DNA of 39,782 nt from a plasmid, in sequence record NZ_CP071287.1. One strand, 5' to 3'. The position numbers and the translations under genes were made by a program. The notes beneath the pieces are model-generated. The model was not told where the DNA came from and searched no databases. It saw only the letters and a list, made by a program, of their open reading frames with translations. Of the stretch, positions 1 through 7,082 are shown in pieces. The stretch's first letter is position 1; the number at the start of each line of letters is the position of its first letter.

Positions 1-51
1 TACTTTTTCACTCGTTAAAAAGTTTTGAGAATATTTTATATTTTTGTTCAT
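1..51 (-). CDS. ermB: erm(B) 23S rRNA adenine N6-methyltransferase, first 17 codons (MNKNIKYSQNFLTSEKV); the gene wraps around the window joint from 39782
   Basis: Reverse complement of 1..51 translates to the canonical ErmB N-terminus and is in frame with 39096..39782 (…[14 protein letters not shown]…). The ATG on the minus strand is at 49..51. Confidence 0.9.
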   Translation of the reverse strand, partial: MNKNIKYSQNFLTSEKV

Positions 52-175
52 GTAATCACTCCTGAAGTGATTACATCTATAAATAAATACAGAAGTTAAA
101 CGATTTGTTTGTAATTTTAGTTATCTGTTTAAAAAGTCATAAGATTAGTCACTGGTAGGAATTAATCTAACGTAT

Positions 176-259
176 TTATTTATCTACGTAATCACTGTTT
201 TTAGTCTGTTTCAAAACAGTAGATGTTTTATCTACATTACGCATTTGGAATACCAACAT
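176..259 (-). CDS. ermBL: erm(B) leader peptide (MLVFQMRNVDKTSTVLKQTKNSDYVDK), translational attenuation leader
   Basis: 27-codon ORF behind GGAGG, located upstream of erm(B). It matches the known Erm(B) leader peptide. Confidence 0.85.
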   Translation of the reverse strand: MLVFQMRNVDKTSTVLKQTKNSDYVDK

Positions 260-307
260 GACGAATCCCTCCTTCTTAATTACAAATTTTTAGCATCTAA
301 TTTAACT

Positions 308-547
308 TCAATTCCTATTATACAAAATTTTAAGATACTGCACTATCAACACACTCTTAAGTTTGCTTCTAAGTCTTATTTCCATAACTTCTTTTACGTT
401 TCCGCCATTCTTTGCTGTTTCGATTTTTATGATATGGTGCAAGTCAGCACGAACACGAACCGTCTTATCTCCCATTATATCTTTTTTTGCACTGATTGGT
501 GTATCATTTCGTTTTTCTTTTTGTGCGCCTAAATTTCCCACAATCAC
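308..547 (-). CDS. omega-like repressor variant (omega'): residues 1-55 are near-identical to the Inc18 omega at 37360..37575, but the C-terminal 24 aa are unrelated (…EIRLRSKLKSVLIVQYLKILYNRN)
   Basis: Direct comparison with the omega copy in this window. The DNA is identical from about 395 to the heptad repeats and divergent below 395. Confidence 0.75.
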   Translation of the reverse strand: MIVGNLGAQKEKRNDTPISAKKDIMGDKTVRVRADLHHIIKIETAKNGGNVKEVMEIRLRSKLKSVLIVQYLKILYNRN

Positions 548-585
548 TCACTTCTTTCTATTTCTTCTTATTCTTATTTTATCAT

Positions 586-633
586 CAACAATCACAAATC
601 ACTTGTGATTTGTGATAAGTGATTTGTGATTAA
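586..633. promoter_or_regulatory. array of heptad repeats (A/T)ATCAC(A/T), the omega operator type, in direct and inverted orientation
   Basis: aatcacaaatcacttgtgatttgtgataagtgatttgtgatt. The same arrays occur upstream of omega (37616..37667) and delta (38567..38630). Confidence 0.8.
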
Positions 634-638
634 TATAT

Positions 639-662
639 AAAAGCCCTCTTTAAAGGGCTTTT
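639..662. terminator. palindromic rho-independent terminator aaaagccctctttaaagggctttt downstream of topB
   Basis: Perfect 9-bp stem with A and T tracts on either side. Duplicated at 38638..38661. Confidence 0.7.
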
Positions 663-666
663 ATGT

Positions 667-2811
667 TTATTTTGAGAAAGATATAAAATCAATATATCCC
701 TTTTCCCCAATTTTTACAACGGCATTGTAGGGCTTTTTCTCTTTGTTTTTGATTCCTTTTACCAGGGTTTCTTTTCCCTCCAGTAATTCTTTTACATTCG
801 TTTTGGTTAGTTTTTTCTTTCTAAAATGTTCAGCTAAAGTAAACTTACATTCAGGATAATTTGAACAACCATAAAACGATTTTTTTAATACAATATTGTT
901 GCCACACTTAGGACATTTTCCTACAATACTTTTTTCTGCTTCTTTTTCTTTCTGTTCCTGGTAATCAGAAAAATTTAGTTTTTCTATATCGTTAGGTACA
1001 GCTTCCAGTAAATGAACAATGAATTTTTTGATATTCGTAATAAAGTTCTCTTGATTGCCTTCTCTTTTACCGATTTTTTTTAAATACGTTTCCCATTTAG
1101 CCGTCATTTCAGCACTCGTTAAAAGGTGCTGACTTTCAACTGCCTGGCACAATAATTTTCCTTTTTCAGTTACAACAAGCTTATTCTTAATCACTTGGAT
1201 ATATTCTTTTTGTTTTAACGCTTCAATAATACTTGCTCTTGTCGCTTCTGTTCCAATCCCCTCAACTTCTTGTAAAATCTTGATTGCTTCTTCATCATCA
1301 ACCGTTTTATTCGCCGTTTTCATAGCAGTTAATAATGTACCCTCTGTAAAAGCTTTTGGCGGTTGCGTTTCTTTTTCAACACTCTTAACACCAACTTCGG
1401 CACGTTCGCCAATGATAACGAGTGGTAACGTTTGAACGTCCTCTTTTTCTTCTTTGGTTTGTTGTTTGAAAAGAATTTTCCACCCTTCTTGCTTTGGTGT
1501 CTTTCCGATCGATTGAAACAGCAAATCAGCTACTTTCGTTTGTATCTTGGTTTCTTCATACAAGTAATCAGGTAAAAACATGGCAACGGTCGTTTTAACG
1601 ACTAAAGCATATATTTTTCGTTGTAAATCGTCCATTTTCGCTAATACAGATTCGTTAGGTACTTGTTTTGTTGGGATAATGGCGTGGTGTTCCTGTACCT
1701 TACTACCGTCCACATAACGCTTTCTAGGCTCTGTTTGAACCATTTCAAGATCAAGTCCTAAAAAACCGCTATATTTGCCAAAATTCGCTTTTAAATAAGC
1801 AAATTCGTTCTCTGTAATAAATGGTGTATCTGTTCTTGGATAACTCAATAATTTTGCTTCATACAGTCCTTGCATAGCTTTTAAAGTTTGGCTCGCTGTC
1901 GCTTTATAAAGCTGATTGACTTTTGATTGCAAACTACTTAAAGAAAACAAACTCGGACTATTCGTTTTCTTCTCTTTGGTTTGAACATCAGCAATTATCC
2001 CCTCTTGATTGCCTATTTTAGCTTGTTTAGAAGAAACAAAAGCTAAAAGCTCCTCTTGGGTTTTAAAACGCTGTGTGGGGCTTAGAACGCCCTTAAACGA
2101 CCCTTGGTTTACTTTTATACTAGCTTCCACCTCGAAAAAAGGTTCTTTTTTAAAATTCTCTATGGCTTCCTGGCGCTGAAAAATAAGGTATAAGGTGGGC
2201 GTTTGAACACGTCCTAGTGAAAATGTACCTTGTACGCCCTTCTGTTGTAAATTTAACGTATACAAAGGGCTTGCGTTCATGCCGATCAACCAATCGGCAA
2301 TTTGGCGTGTTTGCGCTTCTTGATAAAAGGGATAGTAATTCATTCCAGGTTGCAAATTTTGAAAACCGCTTCGGATTACATCTTTTTCTAAGCTATTGAT
2401 CCATAGTCTTTTAAATGTTTTATCTTTTGAAAAGGCATTTGCTTTATGGATAATCGACCAGGCGATATTTTCACCTTCTCTGTCGCTATCTGTTGCAACA
2501 ATAATTGTATTTGCCTTTTTGAGAAGTTCTGCAACAATTTTAAACTGCTTTCCCTTATCTTTTGCAACTTCAAAATCGTATCGATCAGGAAAAATCGGCA
2601 AAGATTCAAGTTTCCAATTTTGCCACTTTTCGTCATAATGACCTGGTTCTGCTAATTCCACTAAATGCCCAAAACCAAAGGTGATAAACGTTTCATCTGT
2701 AAATAGTGGGTCTTTGATCTCAAAATAACCGTCTTTTTTGGTGCTTTGTTTTAAAGCACTTGCGTAGGCTAATGCCTGGCTTGGTTTTTCAGCTAAAATA
2801 ACCGTACTCAT
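667..2811 (-). CDS. topB: DNA topoisomerase III (714 aa) with C-terminal zinc-ribbon motifs (CPKCG…C…C); Inc18-type topB
   Basis: Toprim/Topo IA signature over the full length (MSTVILAEKPSQA…). Its 3' end is duplicated at 38663..38925. Confidence 0.9.
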   Translation of the reverse strand: MSTVILAEKPSQALAYASALKQSTKKDGYFEIKDPLFTDETFITFGFGHLVELAEPGHYDEKWQNWKLESLPIFPDRYDFEVAKDKGKQFKIVAELLKKANTIIVATDSDREGENIAWSIIHKANAFSKDKTFKRLWINSLEKDVIRSGFQNLQPGMNYYPFYQEAQTRQIADWLIGMNASPLYTLNLQQKGVQGTFSLGRVQTPTLYLIFQRQEAIENFKKEPFFEVEASIKVNQGSFKGVLSPTQRFKTQEELLAFVSSKQAKIGNQEGIIADVQTKEKKTNSPSLFSLSSLQSKVNQLYKATASQTLKAMQGLYEAKLLSYPRTDTPFITENEFAYLKANFGKYSGFLGLDLEMVQTEPRKRYVDGSKVQEHHAIIPTKQVPNESVLAKMDDLQRKIYALVVKTTVAMFLPDYLYEETKIQTKVADLLFQSIGKTPKQEGWKILFKQQTKEEKEDVQTLPLVIIGERAEVGVKSVEKETQPPKAFTEGTLLTAMKTANKTVDDEEAIKILQEVEGIGTEATRASIIEALKQKEYIQVIKNKLVVTEKGKLLCQAVESQHLLTSAEMTAKWETYLKKIGKREGNQENFITNIKKFIVHLLEAVPNDIEKLNFSDYQEQKEKEAEKSIVGKCPKCGNNIVLKKSFYGCSNYPECKFTLAEHFRKKKLTKTNVKELLEGKETLVKGIKNKEKKPYNAVVKIGEKGYIDFISFSK

Positions 2812-3287
2812 TAACTATCCCTCTTTTCATTGTTTTTTCTTTGATCGACTGTCACGTTATATCTTGCTCGATACCTTCTAAACGTTCGGCGATTGATTCC
2901 AGTTTGTTCTTCAACTTCTTTATCGGATAAACCATTCAAAAACAAATCGAAAGCATGCTTTAAACGTGGATCATTTTCTTTAAATTTATGCTGACGACCT
3001 TTGAATTTGCCTTTTTTCTTAGCAATTTCGATTCCTTGTGCCTGACGTTCCTTAATTTTTTTTCGTTCTGATTCTGCTTGATACTTGTACAATTCAATGA
3101 CAAGGCTATTAATCAAACGCCTTAAATTTTCATCTTCAATACCATTCATTGAGGGTAAATTTAAGACTTCCAGGGTTGCCCCCTTAATTTGAATTTGATT
3201 CATCAATTCTGTTAATTCTTTATTATTTCGTCCTAATCGATCTAATTCAGTAACAATAACAATATCCCCTTCACGAATATAGTTAAG
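2811..3287 (-). pseudogene. serine resolvase (Inc18 beta-type), 5'-truncated: it lacks the catalytic Ser region (no M.IGYARVS..DQ) and the reading frame runs into the IS1216 terminal repeat
   Basis: The ORF starts inside the IS1216 IR at 3288. The retained part has the resolvase core (DRLGR) and a C-terminal HTH. Compare the intact resolvase at 15908..16465. Confidence 0.8.
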
Positions 3288-4096
3288 GGTTCTGTTGCAA
3301 AGTTTTAAATCTACTATCAAATAAGGTAGAATAATAGAAAAAGATAGCAGGAGGAATGACGATGAATCATTTTAAAGGAAAGCAATTTCAGCAGGATGTG
3401 ATTATTGTAGCCGTGGGCTACTATCTTCGTTATAACCTTAGCTATCGTGAAGTTCAAGAAATCTTATATGATCGTGGCATTAACGTTTCTCATACGACGA
3501 TTTATCGTTGGGTGCAAGAATATGGCAAACGACTCTATCAAATTTGGAAAAAGAAAAATAAAAAATCCTTTTATTCATGGAAAATGGATGAAACGTACAT
3601 CAAAATTAAAGGAAAATGGCATTATTTGTATCGAGCCATCGATGCAGATGGTTTAACCTTGGATATTTGGTTACGTAAAAAACGGGACACACAAGCAGCC
3701 TATGCTTTTCTTAAGCGGTTAGTGAAGCAGTTTGATGAACCGAAGGTTGTAGTCACAGATAAAGCACCATCAATTGCTAGTGCCTTTAAGAAACTAAAAG
3801 AATACGGCTTTTATCAAGGGACAGAACATCGTACCATTAAATACCTGAATAATTTGATTGAACAAGACCATCGTCCAGTAAAGAGACGCAATAAATTCTA
3901 TCGAAGTTTACGCACTGCCTCTACCACGATTAAAGGCATGGAAGCCATCCGAGGATTATATAAGAAAACCCGAAAAGAAGGCACTCTCTTCGGGTTTTCG
4001 GTCTGTACTGAAATCAAGGTATTATTGGGAATCCCAGCTTAAATCATAGATACCGTAAGGGATTTTATTCTTTATTTAAAACTTTGCAACAGAACC
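3288..4096 (+). mobile_element. IS1216 (IS6 family) copy 1, 809 bp, terminal IRs GGTTCTGTTGCAAAGTTTTAAA
   Basis: The IR is present at both ends. The transposase ORF is near-identical to copies 2 and 3. The 8-bp flanks differ (tagttaag / ttcttttt), so there is no target-site duplication. Confidence 0.9.
3356..4042 (+). CDS. tnp: IS6-family DDE transposase (IS1216); the likely start is the internal ATG at 3362 (MNHFKGKQ…) behind AGGAGG
   Basis: MNHFKGKQFQQDVIIVAVGYYLRYNLSYREV… is the typical IS26/IS1216 transposase. Confidence 0.9.
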   Translation: MTMNHFKGKQFQQDVIIVAVGYYLRYNLSYREVQEILYDRGINVSHTTIYRWVQEYGKRLYQIWKKKNKKSFYSWKMDETYIKIKGKWHYLYRAIDADGLTLDIWLRKKRDTQAAYAFLKRLVKQFDEPKVVVTDKAPSIASAFKKLKEYGFYQGTEHRTIKYLNNLIEQDHRPVKRRNKFYRSLRTASTTIKGMEAIRGLYKKTRKEGTLFGFSVCTEIKVLLGIPA

Positions 4097-4174
4097 TTCT
4101 TTTTTATACTTGCTATTGTGATACCTTCATTTTATCATAAGGAAGCTCTTTCAACTATTGATTTGACATTTATT

Positions 4175-5431
4175 TCATTGTCCTTCATTTTCTAACTTTC
4201 TTTGCAAATGTTTATCATAGTTCCGAACTGAGGGCGTACAATATAATAGAGCTGCAGCTAATATGCCTCCAAAGCCTGCAATCACAAGCATGTTTTGAAC
4301 ACCTATGGATTCCGCTACTGGAGCTGCGAAGATTAGCCCAACTGGTCCGGCAATACTCATCAATGCAGAGACTATTCCCATAACCCGTCCTAAGTATTGG
4401 GCTTCAAATGATTGCTGCGTGATTGCCATATTCATTGTGGTATAAATCTGTCCCACAATTCCAGCAAAAACATTCAAAACAAGGAAAACCCAAAACCCGT
4501 TCATATTGCCAGGAAGAAAGCCTGAACCACCGATGCTCAAGCCAATGATAAGATAAGCCGCAATAATCCAGGGCATACGGTCCTTAGTTTTTCCAAAAAT
4601 ACCAACAGCAAAAGAGCCAATCAGCATCGCAGCAGCAAATAGAACTTCAACCCAACCCGCGTGGACAATCGTGCCGCCAAAATATTTTGTGGTCACTAGA
4701 GGATAAAGACTCATTGCAGGCATAAAAAGTAACATAAATAGGGCACCGATGAGTGTCATTTTCCACATCGGTTTATTCTCACGGAGAATTTTAAACCCTT
4801 CAAGCGTATCCCTAATCACAGAGATCTTTTCGCCCTGTGAAGCGACTTCTGGTATCCTGACTAAAAGCAACATTCCAGCACCAAGAATGAAGCCAATCAC
4901 ATCAAGTAAAATAACCCAATGAATCGGCATAGTTGCTACCATGAAAGCTCCAATCCCAGGTGAAACAATAACTATCAAAGATTGAATAATACCGAACTGT
5001 CCGTTGACTCGAGTAATTTCGTCTTCTGGTACCATTGTGGGCATAATAGATTGGACTGTTGGCATCTGAGCGGTCTGTGCAACCGCACGAATACCAATAG
5101 TCACAAAGACCATCCAAAGTGGATAAACATCATTATTAATCCCGTAAATAAAAAGACCCAAGGCTATTACTGCCACCACAGCATCATATGAAATAAGTAA
5201 GAACTTCTTGTTGATACGGTCAATGAATGGCCCAACAAACGGGCTTAGAAGCGCCATTGGTAACATACCTACAAGTGTAGCAATTGCAAGGACAGATTCT
5301 TCACCTGTTTCAAGGGTCAAATACCAAATAATCGCATACTGGACAATCATTGAAGTCACGCCCGTTAGGAGCTGACCTATCAAAAACAAATAAAAATTTT
5401 TCCGCCAATTTGGCGGGACTGATGTGTTCAT
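4175..5431 (-). CDS. MFS efflux transporter, 418 aa, 12 predicted TM segments, Mef/DHA3-like; size and context are compatible with lactococcal Mdt(A)-type multidrug/macrolide efflux
   Basis: Hydrophobic 12-TM architecture and an N-terminal motif resembling the Mef(A) family. The Mdt(A) assignment rests on length and context only. Confidence 0.7.
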   Translation of the reverse strand: MNTSVPPNWRKNFYLFLIGQLLTGVTSMIVQYAIIWYLTLETGEESVLAIATLVGMLPMALLSPFVGPFIDRINKKFLLISYDAVVAVIALGLFIYGINNDVYPLWMVFVTIGIRAVAQTAQMPTVQSIMPTMVPEDEITRVNGQFGIIQSLIVIVSPGIGAFMVATMPIHWVILLDVIGFILGAGMLLLVRIPEVASQGEKISVIRDTLEGFKILRENKPMWKMTLIGALFMLLFMPAMSLYPLVTTKYFGGTIVHAGWVEVLFAAAMLIGSFAVGIFGKTKDRMPWIIAAYLIIGLSIGGSGFLPGNMNGFWVFLVLNVFAGIVGQIYTTMNMAITQQSFEAQYLGRVMGIVSALMSIAGPVGLIFAAPVAESIGVQNMLVIAGFGGILAAALLYCTPSVRNYDKHLQRKLENEGQ

Positions 5432-5527
5432 AGAGTTCCTTTTTCTATATTTTCTTTAAGGAGCCTAAAATTTTATCCGTAATCCAAACAGATATTCTTC
5501 TCCATTTTAAATATTAGCATATCAAAA

Positions 5528-5656
5528 ATGGAAAGTCAACGAAAAACTAGACACGGAGTTAAGAGAATTTATGGAAAGTCAACGAAAAACTAGACACGGA
5601 GTTAAGAGAATTTATGGAAAGTCAACGAAAAACTAGACACGGAGTTAAGAGAATTT
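5528..5656. repeat. perfect tandem triplication of a 43-bp unit (atggaaagtcaacgaaaaactagacacggagttaagagaattt), starting immediately after the IS3-family orfB stop
   Basis: Three identical units at 5528-5570, 5571-5613 and 5614-5656. The unit is an inverted copy of the subterminal sequence at the other IS end (6826..6866). Confidence 0.9.
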
Positions 5657-6494
5657 AAGAATTATATTTTTCAAAGTCTTTTGGAGACTTGTAATCAAGA
5701 CCTGAATGCATCCTTTTTGTATTGTAATAGGTCTCAATGTATTTAAATATTTCTTGAGTAGCCTCAGCTCTTGTCTCAAAATGAGCATCATTAATAAGCT
5801 CCCTCTTTAGCGTCTTATAAAAAGACTCCATCATTGCATTGTCATAGGGATTTCCTTTACGACTCATGCTAGATTGAGCACCGACTTGACGAAGAGTAGA
5901 TTGATAACGAGAGCTTGTATATTGACTCCCTTGATCAGTATGGACAATCAAGCCAGGCTGAGGATGTTCTTTCCCACAAGCTTGTAAGAAGCAATCCCTC
6001 ACCAGTTTATCTTGCATCCGTGAAGACATTGACCAGCCTACAATCTTACGTGAAAAAACGTCGATATTCACGGCTAAGTATAAGGTGCCTTCTTTGGTAG
6101 GGATATAGGTCATGTCTCCCAGCCATACTTTATTAGGAGCTGTTGCTTTAAAGATCTGATTAATTAAATTGGGTCTTGAAAGCGAAGCTCCTTTTCTGTT
6201 GTAATGTTTATATCTATAACGGCTTCCCTTGGCATAAAGTCCCATCAAGTGCATCAGTTTTCCAACACGTTTCGTGTTGGTCATAATACCAGTATTATGA
6301 AGTACCTTGGTAATTCTGACCGCACCATAGCGTCCCTTATGCTCATGAAAGACAGCTTTTATCTTCTCTGAGAGAATTTCTCTCTCCACTTGTTGTTTTG
6401 AAGGACGACGATGCATGTATTCATAGAAACCTGAGCGAGAAACCTTAAGAACTTTTACTGCATGCTTAATTTTTATCTTCCCATGATGTTTCAA
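5655..6494 (-). CDS. IS3-family transposase OrfB (DDE/integrase core), expressed as an OrfAB fusion by a -1 frameshift
   Basis: …WLGDMTYIPTKEGTLYLAVNIDVFSRKIVGW…, the rve domain signature. Confidence 0.85.
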   Translation of the reverse strand: MKHHGKIKIKHAVKVLKVSRSGFYEYMHRRPSKQQVEREILSEKIKAVFHEHKGRYGAVRITKVLHNTGIMTNTKRVGKLMHLMGLYAKGSRYRYKHYNRKGASLSRPNLINQIFKATAPNKVWLGDMTYIPTKEGTLYLAVNIDVFSRKIVGWSMSSRMQDKLVRDCFLQACGKEHPQPGLIVHTDQGSQYTSSRYQSTLRQVGAQSSMSRKGNPYDNAMMESFYKTLKRELINDAHFETRAEATQEIFKYIETYYNTKRMHSGLDYKSPKDFEKYNS

Positions 6495-6511
6495 GAGAAA
6501 TTCAAAACGTT

Positions 6512-6802
6512 TTACTTGCTTCGCTTCAAGAAGACCCGGAACTTTTTTAGAAGTTCAAGTTCCTCCTGAAGATAACGATTTTCTTTCTCTAACAATTTAA
6601 TCTTATGTTGGGCATTAGCTAGGGCTGTCCCATTGCCTGGAAAAGCACTTTCTCCATATTCTTCAACTTCTTGAACCCAGCGATAAAGACTATTGGCATG
6701 AACCTCAAGCTCTTGGCTGACTTCTTTAACAGAGTAACCCTCTTCAAGAATGAGTTTTACTGCAGAATTTTTAAATTGTTTATCGAATTTTCTTCTTGCC
6801 AT
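6512..6802 (-). CDS. IS3-family OrfA (HTH and leucine zipper); the likely start is MARRKFDKQ… at 6802
   Basis: HTH (SVKEVSQELEVHANSLYRW) and a heptad-leucine C-terminus. The slippery heptamer A AAA AAG is at 6542..6548 (minus strand). Translation after a -1 shift reads …LKHHGKIKIKHAVKVLK, which joins orfB. Confidence 0.8.
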   Translation of the reverse strand: MARRKFDKQFKNSAVKLILEEGYSVKEVSQELEVHANSLYRWVQEVEEYGESAFPGNGTALANAQHKIKLLEKENRYLQEELELLKKFRVFLKRSK

Positions 6803-6900
6803 AATAAACCTTTCCACGATTTCTCTTAACTTTGTGTCTAGTTTATTATAACCTTTCCATATTTCTGCTTGGATAAAAAGTCTAACTTTTGGGGTGCACA

Positions 6901-7014
6901 TCACTCTTCGGCTTTTCGGTCTCTACTGAAATCAAAATCTTAATGGGAATATCAGCCTAAGATAATTGAAATTCAGAGAGGTTGTATTTTATTTTAAAAC
7001 TTCGCAACAGAACC
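6901..7014 (+). mobile_element. 3' remnant (about 114 bp) of an ISS1/IS1216-like IS6 element: the transposase C-terminus (…LFGFSVSTEIKILMGISA*) plus the right IR. It was truncated by the IS3-family insertion.
   Basis: Aligns with 18521..18628 of the ISS1-like copy, including the terminal aaacttcgcaacagaacc. Confidence 0.8.
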
Positions 7015-7082
7015 TTATAAATTAAGTATAACAAAAATGAGCACATTATGCTCATTTTCGCTTACTATTTTTTTTGCTATTT

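Larger units (their letters stand above)
5460..6900 (-). mobile_element. IS3-family insertion sequence (orfA/orfB, -1 frameshift). The orfA-proximal terminus reads TGTGCACCCCAAAAG… and lies at 6900. The orfB-proximal end is degenerate and approximate.
   Basis: OrfA (HTH and leucine zipper), OrfB (DDE integrase core, W..DITY..T), an A AAA AAG slippery site and subterminal inverted repeats. Confidence 0.7.

Noticed and set aside
245-608. ORF-track entries 245..532 (+) and 363..608 (+) in the erm(B) upstream region
   Set aside because: They overlap the well-defined minus-strand erm(B) leader peptide (176..259) and the omega' gene (308..547) on the opposite strand. They use a TTG start and have no RBS, so they are antisense artefacts.
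2217-2655. Small ORFs 2217..2399, 2388..2636, 2396..2638 and 2446..2655 inside topB
   Set aside because: They are fully embedded in, or antisense to, the 714-aa topoisomerase III reading frame. They have no independent signals.
3447-3656. 69-aa ORFs nested in the IS1216 transposase genes (3447..3656, 30824..31033, 33057..33266)
   Set aside because: These are alternative-frame ORFs inside a conserved transposase gene. They are identical in all copies only because the IS copies are identical.
4175-5431. Naming the MFS gene definitively as mdt(A) or mef
   Set aside because: Only length (418 aa), topology and context support Mdt(A). There is no sequence I can verify from memory, so it is kept as an MFS efflux transporter with a candidate label.
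5528-5656. Considered whether the 3x43-bp repeat array (and the heptad arrays at 586..633, 37616..37667 and 38567..38630) could be a CRISPR array
   Set aside because: The repeats are contiguous with no spacers. No cas genes are present. The 43-bp unit derives from the IS3-element inverted repeat, and the heptads are omega-repressor operators.
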